Origin: a virus
Length of the DNA stretch: 64,000 nucleotides
IMG/VR virus record: IMGVR_UViG_3300023179_000074
Coordinates: 14,320-78,319 of that record
Reading direction: 5' to 3' (one strand)
The translations under genes were made by a program, and so were the position numbers. The notes under the pieces were generated by a model. It saw nothing but the letters and a program-made list of their open reading frames with translations, was not told the origin of the DNA and searched no databases. Positions 47,788 through 58,232 of the stretch are shown one piece after another (position 1 is the first letter of the stretch; each line of letters begins with the position of its first letter).

Positions 47788-48156
47788 TTATTCGTCAAAT
47801 AGCTTGATAACTTTATCCGATTTAGGAGCAGTTGTTCCTGTTGTAGCTAGAGGAGCAGTAAAAATTTTATTATACTGATCGATGAGTCTCGGATCATTAT
47901 CAATATCAACACCGAGAACAACAGTATCCAAATTAAACTTCCATACTGTACCATCAGTTTTAGCCTTTTCACCAACAAACTCTCTAAAATAGAGAGGAAT
48001 GGTTTGCACGTTCAACTGCCCTTGTTGTGTGGGTTGCACGTGAATGATTGCCGGGTTCTTTATAAGAAGAAAATTCTTTTCAGTCTTAACTTCTTCTCCA
48101 AGAATTGTACGGCCAATGTGATCAATAAAGGTAATAATTTTTTGTTTGTCGCTCAT
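47788..48156 (-). CDS. Hypothetical protein (Sm-like fold possible)
   Basis: Own sigma70-type promoter; LLIKNPAII motif. Confidence 0.55.
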   Translation of the reverse strand: MSDKQKIITFIDHIGRTILGEEVKTEKNFLLIKNPAIIHVQPTQQGQLNVQTIPLYFREFVGEKAKTDGTVWKFNLDTVVLGVDIDNDPRLIDQYNKIFTAPLATTGTTAPKSDKVIKLFDE

Positions 48157-48193
48157 ATGTTTAATTTAAATCATAAATAGAAAAAATCAACTA

Positions 48194-50782
48194 TTAAACA
48201 CTTAATAATTCAAATAGATCTGTCTGTACTTGAGATCCAGGTGATTGTAGCTTCCAATTTACTGCTTCGTAAAATCTGTCAATAACAGAAAAAATAATTT
48301 TTTCAAACATTAATTCATGATCGATTTCAAACGTATCGTTAAATTCTTTAGGAAAATTATATTTGTAGCCGATGGTTGAGATTCCATACTTATTAGGTTG
48401 TCTTGTATAAAAAAATCGCACTTTGTCACCGGAAGATATTTTTTCATACTTTTTACCAGTATTAAATCTATCTAGTAAAAGATTGTAAAAATATGCTGCT
48501 TTAACGTGTATAGGCATGTGTTTTGCAGTTTTAAATGAATCACATTGAGATGCATATTTTTCATATCCTTTAACACCCATAACAAAAGCAATATCTTCTA
48601 TAGGGAGGGTTTTAAATAAATCATATGTCTCGTTAAAAACCTTATTTGTTTCTGAGAGATCGCGTGTTAATAACATCGTCTCAATAATTTTCTTTACATA
48701 TGGCTTAATAGGCGCTGGCATTGTTGTTCTCACAACTTCAACACCAGTATATTTAAATTTATTGCAAGGTATGCCTTCCTCATCAAGTACGTGTAGAACG
48801 TATCTTTTTTTCTGTAAAAAAATGCCTGAATCAGAAATTGCTTCTCTCTTAAAATTTAATCTACAATCTTTTGAACCTAGTGCTTGTTTTCCCCAGATAA
48901 CAATATTTTCATTTAAAAAGTCCTCAATATCCTGTACAAGCTTATAATATTCAGCTGTTATTTTACCCTTCTTATCAAGCATAGAAATATTATTGCTTTT
49001 AACTATGTGTCTGAGCGAAATGTACGAGCTATCTGTATCATTATAAATAATAGGAGTATCATTAATGATTTCTTCCTTTGTGAGGTTAGAGTGTTTGCTT
49101 ACATATTCTTCTAGGAGTCTATTTGATTCTTTAATTACAGCTTGACCGGTTAAAGTAATTGATTCAGCGAGTTCATCATCGCCAAGAGGACTATGCTTGT
49201 TGCCAAAATACCCATAAATCGTATTAATAAGAATCTTAATGGTATGTTGTGTGATATTAAGGTTATCAATCTCATGCTTAAGTAAAGCATATTCTTTATC
49301 TTCTTTAGAAATATTAACAGCTTTTCTCTTTAGAGAAGATAATCTCTTTTTAATTTCAACACGTTTTTTATAATAGTAATCTACAGTAATTGGAATGATT
49401 CCTTTTTCTTTTTGAGTAAAAAGCACCTTTGCCTTAGATATGGCAATTTCTTCTTTCTTGATAAACTCAACAAAATTTTTAAGAGATAAAGTAAACGTTT
49501 GCCCGTTAACGTGTTTAATTGTTACGTCTTTATCAGTCTTATCAACTATAGAACCTATCTTTGTCTCCGGAGATAAATTAAGAGTTATCATTACATTTGG
49601 ATATAGACTATTAGCATCAAAAGAAACGATATACTCTTGAAACCCTCGCTTGGGCTCCCCTACATATGCACCAGCATTTTGCTGATCGTTAGAATTTGTT
49701 CCTTTATTAAAAGTGGGAATTCTTTGATTGCGAGAGCGCGCCTTGATAGCACATAATCCAGTAATCACAGAAAGAGACCCCAAAGCACCTTCAAAAGTAG
49801 TAAGCCCCGCATAAGCTATCATACGTAAAAGCTGTAAGTATTGTAGCTTAGTTTCCAATCTTACAAGTAAATTAACGTCTTGTACGTTGTAATCAACAAA
49901 AAGCTCCCAATTATCATCAGCTAAGCTAGAAAGATTTGTATCGCCGTAATCAATTTTATTCTCTTTTAATTCTATTTCACCAATAGTGTCGAGCTTGTAT
50001 GATTCTCTTAATACCGGGCAAAAGCGCTTATAGATGTCGAGATAGTCGACACACGACACGCCTTCAATATGCCAATGTACTTGTTCCCTGCCAAACTTAC
50101 CTGTAAAAACAATAGGTCTTATGTAATTGACGGGAGAAAGTTTTTTTGTTTCTTCTTCACCTAATATTTTTGTAATTCTATTAATGATGTAAGGTACATC
50201 AAAAAATTCACTATTCCATCCGGACAAAATATCAGGATAATCGGAAGAAAAATAACTAATAAATTTAGATAATAAATCCTTTTCTGACTTACAATACAAA
50301 TAAGTATGGTTTTCATTTTTTTTATGATAAGGTTTTAATCCCCAGGTGATAAAATGTTTTCTAATAGAATCGTAAACTGTAATAATATTAATAGGGTGTT
50401 CAGGATTATCAGGCTTAGGAAAATCAACAGGGCTATAAGTTTCAATATCAATAAACAAAACCTTTAATTCGTGTTTACTAAATTCTTCTTTTTCGTTATC
50501 CTTCCAAAAGCTATCAATAAGAAACTGTTGCTGTATATTTAAATTTTCAAAAACCCTTGTAACTTTATTATCTTTTAAATATCTAGATCTTTCTCCTTGA
50601 TTACGAAATTTTTTCTTTTTTAGTTTAGTATTAAAAATACTCGTAGCGTCTGCATGATTATTAGTTTCAAGATATATGTAAGGTTCAAAAGTTGTGTCTA
50701 CACAAATACGGTTACCGCTTTCATCCCAAGTAAATAAGCGCATTAATTGATCTTTTGGAAGATAGGCAACGCTTCTATACAT
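48194..50782 (-). CDS. Family B DNA polymerase gp43
   Basis: DIET, GWNSEFFD, FDANSLYP, KILINTIYG, YNDTDS, KKRY. Confidence 0.97.
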   Translation of the reverse strand: MYRSVAYLPKDQLMRLFTWDESGNRICVDTTFEPYIYLETNNHADATSIFNTKLKKKKFRNQGERSRYLKDNKVTRVFENLNIQQQFLIDSFWKDNEKEEFSKHELKVLFIDIETYSPVDFPKPDNPEHPINIITVYDSIRKHFITWGLKPYHKKNENHTYLYCKSEKDLLSKFISYFSSDYPDILSGWNSEFFDVPYIINRITKILGEEETKKLSPVNYIRPIVFTGKFGREQVHWHIEGVSCVDYLDIYKRFCPVLRESYKLDTIGEIELKENKIDYGDTNLSSLADDNWELFVDYNVQDVNLLVRLETKLQYLQLLRMIAYAGLTTFEGALGSLSVITGLCAIKARSRNQRIPTFNKGTNSNDQQNAGAYVGEPKRGFQEYIVSFDANSLYPNVMITLNLSPETKIGSIVDKTDKDVTIKHVNGQTFTLSLKNFVEFIKKEEIAISKAKVLFTQKEKGIIPITVDYYYKKRVEIKKRLSSLKRKAVNISKEDKEYALLKHEIDNLNITQHTIKILINTIYGYFGNKHSPLGDDELAESITLTGQAVIKESNRLLEEYVSKHSNLTKEEIINDTPIIYNDTDSSYISLRHIVKSNNISMLDKKGKITAEYYKLVQDIEDFLNENIVIWGKQALGSKDCRLNFKREAISDSGIFLQKKRYVLHVLDEEGIPCNKFKYTGVEVVRTTMPAPIKPYVKKIIETMLLTRDLSETNKVFNETYDLFKTLPIEDIAFVMGVKGYEKYASQCDSFKTAKHMPIHVKAAYFYNLLLDRFNTGKKYEKISSGDKVRFFYTRQPNKYGISTIGYKYNFPKEFNDTFEIDHELMFEKIIFSVIDRFYEAVNWKLQSPGSQVQTDLFELLSV

Positions 50783-50788
50783 TCTTTT

Positions 50789-50816
50789 ATTATAGTAACA
50801 AAAATATAAAGTACAA
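50789..50816 (-). promoter_or_regulatory. Sigma70-type promoter of the DNA polymerase gene
   Basis: TTGTAC-N16-TATAAT-N6-ATG. Confidence 0.8.
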
Positions 50817-50996
50817 TTACAAATGTAAGACTAGTTTAAAAAGAACAATTGCAGAGCAAATAGCTGCAATTAAGCTGGTAAAAGTTCTTAATAATTCTAA
50901 TTTATGATTGTGGCGGTCAACCCAAATTTCAACTAAATCACGCAGTCTCCCTTCTTCTTCTAATCTTTTAATTTCTTTTTTAGATAATTTTCTCAT
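50817..50996 (-). CDS. 59-aa C-terminally anchored membrane protein; not in the ORF track
   Basis: MRKLSKKEIKRLEEEGRLRDLVEIWVDRHNHKLELLRTFTSLIAAICSAIVLFKLVLHL; ATGA overlap with the upstream stop; fills the gap exactly. Confidence 0.7.
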   Translation of the reverse strand: MRKLSKKEIKRLEEEGRLRDLVEIWVDRHNHKLELLRTFTSLIAAICSAIVLFKLVLHL

Positions 50997-52204
50997 TTTA
51001 TATTGTTAATAGCGTTCAAAAGTTTTCTTTGGGGGTCAGCATATGAAAAATTATAAAGCTCGTAATATTTGTTAATATTATCTTCAGTTTCTAACCATCG
51101 ACTCTCAGCAACTTTTCTTGCCTTAGCGCATATATTCATATATTTGCCTTTTTTCTCTAATGTTTCTTCTACTCTTCCAATCATTTCATCGCCCGTCTTA
51201 AACTTAATAGGAGCATCTTCATACGTACACATATCTTGACAAGCAATAGGAAGACCATAACAGCTGGCTTCTATATATTTTAGATCACTTTTAGCCCTAT
51301 TAAACGTATTATCTTGAAGAGGTGCAACTAACATATTAGCGTTTAAATTAAAAATTTTCTCTGGATAATGATATAAATTAGCCCAGGGATGAAATTCGAA
51401 CGTACCATTCATAACATATGGTCTTAAAGGTAAAGGAAATGCACCTAGGAATACCCACTGAAACTTGTCTTTTGTCCTAACAATAGCATCCAGAACATGA
51501 CGAAAATCGTCGTTTTGATTTACACGATTATCGACATCAAAGTGAGCGCCTGATCCTGCGTATAGAATTCTAGGCTTAGACTTATACTTATCATAATTAT
51601 CAGAAATACGCTTTTCGTTGTAAAAATGGCCCATCCACCACTTTGGTGGGTAATTAGGTATTACTGTAACATTCTTATTATTAGTTTTGCTTTGATAATA
51701 TTCTTTCATGAAATTACATGTGACAGTAATTTCATCGCATAGCTCCATAATTGTCTGAGCAGTTCTGCGTATTTCTGGATCTGTAAATGCTGGTTTAAAT
51801 TTATTATACTCTGGTATATCTTCACTAAAGACCAAGTCATCAATTTCATAGATTAATCTAAATCCTATTTTAGAACTAAGTTCTTTTAAAAACTGAACAA
51901 ATTTTAATTGCTGCACCGTTGCTTGTCTTTGTATTCTAATAGTTTTTACGCCTCTATAATAATTTGGGTCAAAGCACATAACTGTGCTACCGTGAACTAC
52001 CATTTTATTATGAGCATTTAAAAGATGCTCTGGCCATATCAAACGCCAAAATCCGCACCCACTATAATCAGCATAATAATTTAAGCTACGATTTAAATCT
52101 AATTCTGGAGGGTGGGGTAAAGATTCTTGTGGTCCGGGTTGAAATGTGGGGAATGGTGATACAAAAGGCGAAGTAAAGGGCTGTACAAACGGAGATGCAA
52201 TCAT
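50993..52204 (-). CDS. GT-B (GT4-like) glycosyltransferase
   Basis: GCGFWR..WP, YEIDDL, VIPN, APLQDNTFNRAKSDLKYIE. Confidence 0.75.
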   Translation of the reverse strand: MIASPFVQPFTSPFVSPFPTFQPGPQESLPHPPELDLNRSLNYYADYSGCGFWRLIWPEHLLNAHNKMVVHGSTVMCFDPNYYRGVKTIRIQRQATVQQLKFVQFLKELSSKIGFRLIYEIDDLVFSEDIPEYNKFKPAFTDPEIRRTAQTIMELCDEITVTCNFMKEYYQSKTNNKNVTVIPNYPPKWWMGHFYNEKRISDNYDKYKSKPRILYAGSGAHFDVDNRVNQNDDFRHVLDAIVRTKDKFQWVFLGAFPLPLRPYVMNGTFEFHPWANLYHYPEKIFNLNANMLVAPLQDNTFNRAKSDLKYIEASCYGLPIACQDMCTYEDAPIKFKTGDEMIGRVEETLEKKGKYMNICAKARKVAESRWLETEDNINKYYELYNFSYADPQRKLLNAINNIK

Positions 52205-52216
52205 TAGTTTAATTTA

Positions 52217-54025
52217 TTAATTATATTCTTTATAATCAACTCTTTTAGTAATGCCGTTAGTTTTTTCAAGAAAAATAATCTCTCCGGTTGCAGCTTTGAT
52301 GCTTTCTTTACGATGGCTAATTACCATAATACATTCATTAAATTTATCTACACGTTCTTTTAAAATACTAATAACTAATTCTACACCTTTTTCATCTAAA
52401 CTAGAATCAAACAATTCATCATAGATGCTAAAATTAAATGAAACGTCGCCTTGAAGTCTTCTGATATCCATGAATGTAAAGAGACACGCTAAATCAATAT
52501 TTTTACGCTCTGCGCCACTAAAATTAAAATAAGAACATTCTTTACCCTTATTATCAATAATTTGTTCTTCAAAATACTCATTAAATATACAAGTACAATT
52601 AGCATCCATCTTCTTTAAATAATAAGCTAGCTTATTGTTGAATAGCTGAAGAATCTTCTTCACAATATATGACTTTACGCCTTCCTCAGAAATAACAAAT
52701 TTAACTATATCTAAAATATGCATTTGTTCTTTTAGCTGTTCAACTTTTACTTTTGTATTGTTGAGGTGTGTTTGCTGTTCTTGAATAAGTGCATCAAAAG
52801 CATTATTATCTTTCTCTATATCCTTGAGGTCTTGCTCAAGCTCCAATTGCCATTTATGTAATTGCTCTAAGCGAGCTAGGAGTGAATTTTTTTCATTAAC
52901 TTTATGTTTATAGCTACTAACCTCTTCTCTATATTTTTGAATCTTATTTTGAATTTTTTCTTGAATATCAATAAACTGTTTGACTTCTTTATTATGCAAT
53001 TCAATACTCTTTTCGTCTGTTGTAATATCGTTTTTAAGTTTTTTAACTTCTTCATGAATATGATTACGATCCTTATCGTGAATAGATCTTAAGCATGTCG
53101 GACAAACGTCTTCATCGGTACCAATAGTTCCAAGTTTTTTTGTAGTTTGTGTTATAAGTGTCTTTTTTTCTGAAATTAAATGTCTTATTTCTTGCAATTT
53201 TTTATCTACTTTTTCAGTATTAATTTCCTGTTCTGAGATTTGTTTGTTTAATAAATCGACATCTGGAAGTACAAAGCTAGTTAATTTTTTGTCTATATCA
53301 TTAATCTCTTTCTTATTATTTGAAAAACGGAATGAATATTTTTCCTTTTTAGCTTGTCTTTCCAGCTGCATATTTTCTTTTTGTTTTTCTAAAGTATTAA
53401 TATTTTTTTGAATCTCATCTTGACGCGCTCCTTCTATATCGAATATTTTTTTTGCTTCGTTAACATCTGTCTTAAGAAGCGTCGACATATCACTGAAAAC
53501 TCTTAAATTAAAAATATCTTCAATAAACTTTCTCTTTTCTTGCTTCTTTTTAGCCATAAAAGGTATAGTATTATTCACAGTCATAATAACACAGTTTTGA
53601 AATAATTCTGGTGAACTGTTAAACTTTTGCATAATAACACTATTAGTATTAGTAATGCTATCTCTTGTCTTATCCTCACCGTTAACATAAAGATAGCATT
53701 TAGAAGGCTCAAGAGTTCTTATAATTTGTATATTTTCCTGTAGATCTAGGGTTTTAATTGCTACATCTAAAATGACTTCGCAGCTTTTTCTGTTAACATT
53801 ATTAATAATATTTTCTTTTTTAAGCTCCCTCAATGTATCGCCGAAAACTGCAAAATATATAGCGTCGGCGACGGTCGATTTACCCACGCCGTTTCTTCTA
53901 TCCTCCTTATCACGATTAAGACCAGTAATAATATTAAGACCCTTTTTAAAATCTATTACTACCGGTTGATTACCAACAGATAAAAAGTTCTTAATACTAA
54001 TTTTCTTAAAAATTACTTGCTTCAT
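52217..54025 (-). CDS. Recombination endonuclease ATPase subunit gp46 (Rad50/SbcC-like)
   Basis: KNFLSVGN, NGVGKS, CPTC zinc hook, FSGAE, YDELFDSSLD, ISH; start refined to 54025 (ATGA overlap). Confidence 0.93.
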   Translation of the reverse strand: MKQVIFKKISIKNFLSVGNQPVVIDFKKGLNIITGLNRDKEDRRNGVGKSTVADAIYFAVFGDTLRELKKENIINNVNRKSCEVILDVAIKTLDLQENIQIIRTLEPSKCYLYVNGEDKTRDSITNTNSVIMQKFNSSPELFQNCVIMTVNNTIPFMAKKKQEKRKFIEDIFNLRVFSDMSTLLKTDVNEAKKIFDIEGARQDEIQKNINTLEKQKENMQLERQAKKEKYSFRFSNNKKEINDIDKKLTSFVLPDVDLLNKQISEQEINTEKVDKKLQEIRHLISEKKTLITQTTKKLGTIGTDEDVCPTCLRSIHDKDRNHIHEEVKKLKNDITTDEKSIELHNKEVKQFIDIQEKIQNKIQKYREEVSSYKHKVNEKNSLLARLEQLHKWQLELEQDLKDIEKDNNAFDALIQEQQTHLNNTKVKVEQLKEQMHILDIVKFVISEEGVKSYIVKKILQLFNNKLAYYLKKMDANCTCIFNEYFEEQIIDNKGKECSYFNFSGAERKNIDLACLFTFMDIRRLQGDVSFNFSIYDELFDSSLDEKGVELVISILKERVDKFNECIMVISHRKESIKAATGEIIFLEKTNGITKRVDYKEYN

Positions 54026-55095
54026 ACAGTCGACACTGCTTTCTTGTATAATTGATTGCAATATCTAGAAACTTCTTGTTTTTTATCTATATCTAGGATA
54101 TTAATAAATTCATCAATAGTTTTTTGCATATCGACACCGGAGAGATCAACATTCGAATCCTCATTAATAGAGATTGAATTGTCAAATAAAGAATAATCTA
54201 CAGAAATAGTAAATGGCTTATAAGCAGATAATTTTTGAAGAAGTATATCTATATTATCACTATTAATTTTCTTATCTACAATAAGCTTAACTGTATTATT
54301 GTTAATAAGCTTTTCAAGTTCTGATTTATCACTAATCTTTTTTTCTGTAATTTCAGAAAGTAGTATTTTTTTATGTTTTGGAGAGACGGGGTTATTAAAA
54401 AAGTTATATTCTAGCTTAGAAATATCGAGTATGTAGTATCCTTTTGTTGAATCTATATCACCGAAATCCATCTCAAACGGGTTGCCCACATAAACTATAG
54501 TTTTTTTATCATACTGTCTTTCATCCCTTAGGTGAAAGTGACCAGTCATAATTAAATTACCTCTTTCAAGTAAATCTTGCGTTTTAATGCCGTGATCACA
54601 ATGCTTGTGTGAATTCATCTTAAAACTTTCAATTTCAAAATGTCCAAAAATAATATCAGATTTTTCTATTTTCTTTACTTCTGTTCCCCACGGGATAAAA
54701 CTACATTTTTTACCATATAAAATAGACATAATAGGCTCACTTACAACGGTAATATTACGCCATCCATTTAAAATGGATAATGAATTGACATCTGCTCGAT
54801 CTTTATAAAAAGAATCATGATTACCAACGATAACAACAATATTAAATTCTTTCCATAGATTAAGAATTTCATTAACAATATGTATTGTGTTTACAGCTAT
54901 CTCATCTCTATAATGATAGAGATCACCGAGAATAAAAATATCCTTAATATTTTTTTGAATTAGCTCTTCTTTTAGCCATCTCGCCCATGTTAAAGATGTT
55001 TCATGCCAAAAAATACTATTTTGATGAACCCCGATGTGAAGATCAGCAATACAGCAAACATTATTAGAAGTTAAATTTATTTCAACATTTTTCAC
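54022..55095 (-). CDS. Recombination endonuclease nuclease subunit gp47 (Mre11/SbcD-like)
   Basis: DLHIG, GDLYH, GNHD, GHFH. Confidence 0.93.
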   Translation of the reverse strand: MKNVEINLTSNNVCCIADLHIGVHQNSIFWHETSLTWARWLKEELIQKNIKDIFILGDLYHYRDEIAVNTIHIVNEILNLWKEFNIVVIVGNHDSFYKDRADVNSLSILNGWRNITVVSEPIMSILYGKKCSFIPWGTEVKKIEKSDIIFGHFEIESFKMNSHKHCDHGIKTQDLLERGNLIMTGHFHLRDERQYDKKTIVYVGNPFEMDFGDIDSTKGYYILDISKLEYNFFNNPVSPKHKKILLSEITEKKISDKSELEKLINNNTVKLIVDKKINSDNIDILLQKLSAYKPFTISVDYSLFDNSISINEDSNVDLSGVDMQKTIDEFINILDIDKKQEVSRYCNQLYKKAVSTV

Positions 55096-55694
55096 TGAAT
55101 AGAATTATAATTATCCTCGTCATTCCCACAAGCGGATGGCTCAACATAAATATGTGCTCCGCCCATTTTTTCCGGATCTATCATATGATCGGTATACACT
55201 TTTTCCTTATACTCATTCAAGACTTCATGATGCTTGTTTTCTTTTTTAATTCTATTGATAAAAGCATGAAAGGCAATTGTTGTAAAGTAAGAGAACGGGC
55301 TAAACCCAGTATCAAGTTTAAATTTTTTATTTCTTAACGCGGAGAACATCTTAACAATAGCATCGCCGATCATATCATCTTTATAAGAATAGTTAATAAA
55401 ATTGGGAGCGTAACTTAAGCCATTAGCAATTTTAGTCAAACTCTCTCCTAATTTTTGAGTAATATGACCTGTCTTATAGTACGATCTAATTTCCTCTTCA
55501 AATTCTTTACCATTAACGTAGTGTATCTTTTCTTTACCCTTGGGTTGCTTTTCAGTTGTCTTATTCTGAGTAAGCAGTTTATTTAGCGCTGAATCTGTAG
55601 GATCTTCTTTCTTGACACGTCTAGCCCCTTTCATTATAGGAGTTTTAGATTTCTTGTATTTTTTTGATGTTATAATTGATTTTTTCTTTTTCAT
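55092..55694 (-). CDS. Late-transcription sigma factor gp55
   Basis: HYVN.KEF, IANGLSYAPNFINYSYKDDMIGDA, PFSYFTTIAFHAFINRIKKE; upstream of gp47 as in T4. Confidence 0.9.
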   Translation of the reverse strand: MKKKKSIITSKKYKKSKTPIMKGARRVKKEDPTDSALNKLLTQNKTTEKQPKGKEKIHYVNGKEFEEEIRSYYKTGHITQKLGESLTKIANGLSYAPNFINYSYKDDMIGDAIVKMFSALRNKKFKLDTGFSPFSYFTTIAFHAFINRIKKENKHHEVLNEYKEKVYTDHMIDPEKMGGAHIYVEPSACGNDEDNYNSIQ

Positions 55695-57114
55695 ATAAAT
55701 TAATTCGTTTTTGCATATGGATATCGCTATACTTTAAATTATCTGCAATATCGAATATTATAAGCTTATCTTTATCTTTATGCAAGCGAAGACCTCTTCC
55801 TATAGATTGTACAATCTTAATTTTAGCCTTTCCGCCGCAAGCAAAAATTATAAAATGTAGGTTCTTTATATTAATTCCGGTAGAAAATATTTTCGAAATA
55901 GCGATAACAATAATGTCAGTGCTATTTTCCATTAAATTTCTAATTCGCTCTCTCTCAGTTATTTCAACTTCACCTCTTATAAAATAGATTTGTTTATGCT
56001 TACATATTTCTTTAAGTGTATTAAAAAGATTCTCGCCGTGTTCAATAAAATCTACTAATATTAACGTATTATTTTGTAATTTACATGCGACTTTACCAAT
56101 AAAATTATTTCTAAAATTATTTCTAATTAAAAAGCGTTGTTCTTCTCTAAACAAATTAGCAGACGAGATTACTAGATCTTCAAATGGATCTTGCCTATAT
56201 ATAATTTTTAAGATCTGTATTTGAACATTACTAATATAATTTTCCAGTCTTAGCTCATGGCTGTTCTTTTCATAAATAATTGGTCCTATCTTACCAATAA
56301 TATTCCATTGGTCTATAAAATTTTCAGGCATAGTTCCTGTAAAACCAAATCTAACATGTGTTTTAACTAATTTTAAAATTTTGTTTATTTCGTTGCCCTT
56401 TCTTATTTTATGAACTTCGTCAACAACTAAAGCATCTATATCACCTAACCATGTAAGGTCAGTATTTTTGCTCTGTAATATGCCTAGATTTGCAACAATA
56501 ACATTATAGAGTTCATTTTTATTAAATTTAAAATCGATTCCACCAGACCATCTAATAGTATTAAAAGGTACATTGTAGCTTAAAAAATCTTTAGATGTTT
56601 GCTCTACGAGACCGAGATCAGGCACAATGTATAAGCATTTAAATGATGAACCGTGTAAAAGAAAAAGTTTTGTAAGTAAGGAAGCAGCGGTTAAAGTCTT
56701 ACCACCTGCAGTAGCGAGTACTATAGTGCCTCTACCGATACCTAGTGCTTTCTTAACAATTTCTTCTTGATATTCTCTTAAAGGAAGTGCAAGTGGAATA
56801 ATGTCAGTAGTAAATTGAGTTTTTTTCTCCCATTGTTTAGATGGTTTAATAATATCTAAAAAACTATCGTCAGTAACTATATCACCGTTATATTGTTTGG
56901 ATAAAAGATATTTTCTAATCTCAAAATATAATCCGGGCTCAAATTTACCTGTAGGTGTTATTGAGTAAATCCTCTGAGGTAGAAACCTGCCGTATTTTTT
57001 TCTTACAAAAAAAGCTGCATCATTTTTTACAGAAAAATGCTCTCTTATATCTTGAAACAAGTCACCAGAGATTTGACCAAGGTTTTTTTTATTGTCGAAA
57101 GTAAATTGAATCAT
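55645..57114 (-). CDS. uvsW: SF2 DNA helicase UvsW
   Basis: LREYQ, ATAGGKT, DEVH, GFTGT, QSIGRGLR. Confidence 0.9.
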   Translation of the reverse strand: MIQFTFDNKKNLGQISGDLFQDIREHFSVKNDAAFFVRKKYGRFLPQRIYSITPTGKFEPGLYFEIRKYLLSKQYNGDIVTDDSFLDIIKPSKQWEKKTQFTTDIIPLALPLREYQEEIVKKALGIGRGTIVLATAGGKTLTAASLLTKLFLLHGSSFKCLYIVPDLGLVEQTSKDFLSYNVPFNTIRWSGGIDFKFNKNELYNVIVANLGILQSKNTDLTWLGDIDALVVDEVHKIRKGNEINKILKLVKTHVRFGFTGTMPENFIDQWNIIGKIGPIIYEKNSHELRLENYISNVQIQILKIIYRQDPFEDLVISSANLFREEQRFLIRNNFRNNFIGKVACKLQNNTLILVDFIEHGENLFNTLKEICKHKQIYFIRGEVEITERERIRNLMENSTDIIVIAISKIFSTGINIKNLHFIIFACGGKAKIKIVQSIGRGLRLHKDKDKLIIFDIADNLKYSDIHMQKRINLYEKEKINYNIKKIQEI

Positions 57115-57503
57115 GTAGTTTCTAATTTAATAATGTCAACAAGGTTTTTTAAATCAAATGATGCTGAGCTAAGTGTTTTTTCGGATTTCTCTAACAACTC
57201 AACAATTAATTCAAGTTCTTTTATTTTACTATTAATTTCAACAAATTCACTGTGCTTTTCAGCAGTTCTTTCAATAACTGGAGTTGCTAGCTTTACCGGG
57301 CTTTGCTCTTGAATTTTTTCAACTATATTTTTCTTTATAACATCTTTTTTTCTTTGAAGATCAATAAGTTCTAGTTTATGTCTAACACATCTGCCAGCCC
57401 ATTTATGCTTAATACCAGGTAATTTAAGTTGATAATCTTTAAGACAAAGCTCATCAATTTTTAAATCATTTTCAAGCTCTTTTATATAGTCATCTAGAAG
57501 CAT
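57111..57503 (-). CDS. uvsY: Recombination mediator UvsY
   Basis: ENDLKID...LPGIKHKW...SFDLKNLVDIIK; adjacent to uvsW. Confidence 0.75.
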   Translation of the reverse strand: MLLDDYIKELENDLKIDELCLKDYQLKLPGIKHKWAGRCVRHKLELIDLQRKKDVIKKNIVEKIQEQSPVKLATPVIERTAEKHSEFVEINSKIKELELIVELLEKSEKTLSSASFDLKNLVDIIKLETT

Positions 57504-57528
57504 TTATTAAATAATAGTATAAATCACT

Positions 57529-57792
57529 ATGAAATCAAATAATTTATTTGCAGAGAGGTTTTTAAAAATAATCTCTGAAGATAATGTCTCTGGGGGCTCG
57601 GGTAGTGTGTTCGGAGGGGGCACAGCAACAGCACCAGGTAATACCGGAAATCAATTCCCTTCACAAAACGATTTAGCCTATGCCCCGGGTGATGCAAGAG
57701 TTCAGTTCCCTTTAGGGGCAACGGGTACGAGAAAAAAGAAAAAGAAAAAAAATAAATCAATATTTCAAAAAAGAAAATTTTCAGGTTTATAA
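57529..57792 (+). CDS. Small hypothetical protein
   Basis: N-terminus FAERFLKIISED, Gly-rich middle, poly-Lys tail; TAATG overlap with the next gene. Confidence 0.55.
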   Translation: MKSNNLFAERFLKIISEDNVSGGSGSVFGGGTATAPGNTGNQFPSQNDLAYAPGDARVQFPLGATGTRKKKKKKNKSIFQKRKFSGL

Positions 57793-58202
57793 TGGATCTA
57801 GGGCATTGGAGTTTAAGTGATGGTTTAGAATTTGTAACTGAGGCATTTGGATTTATTTACGAAATAAAAAATAACGTGACTAATAAAAAATATATTGGTA
57901 AAAAACAATGTATTTCAAAAATTAAAAAAGCACCTTTAAAGGGTAGAAAGAACAAAAGAATTACTCTAAAAGAATCAGATTGGAAAGAATACACAAGCTC
58001 TTCAGCTGAACTCAACAATGATATTATAAAATATGGAAAAGAAAACTTTACATTTAAAATATTAAGATTTTGTAATTCAAAATGGGAGTTAGCATACTAT
58101 GAAATAAAAGAACAAATAGAAAAAGAGGTTTTATTTAAAGAGGAATATTATAACGGTATTATTAATGTACGTATAGGCAGGCCTCCAAAAAAATTGTCTT
58201 GA
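57792..58202 (+). CDS. GIY-YIG nuclease-domain protein
   Basis: GFIYEIKN...KKYIGKK...ESDWKEY.SS...YYNG. Confidence 0.85.
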   Translation: MDLGHWSLSDGLEFVTEAFGFIYEIKNNVTNKKYIGKKQCISKIKKAPLKGRKNKRITLKESDWKEYTSSSAELNNDIIKYGKENFTFKILRFCNSKWELAYYEIKEQIEKEVLFKEEYYNGIINVRIGRPPKKLS

Positions 58203-58232
58203 TTGCTTGGGTTTTTTATCTTATACTATATT

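Noticed and set aside
30026-50782. Introns or inteins in terminase, helicase, UvsX or polymerase
   Set aside because: All are uninterrupted, of normal length, and show no intein splice motifs
57792-58202. GIY-YIG gene as a mobile homing endonuclease
   Set aside because: Catalytic domain only (136 aa), no DNA-binding extension and no interrupted host gene; more likely a resident nuclease
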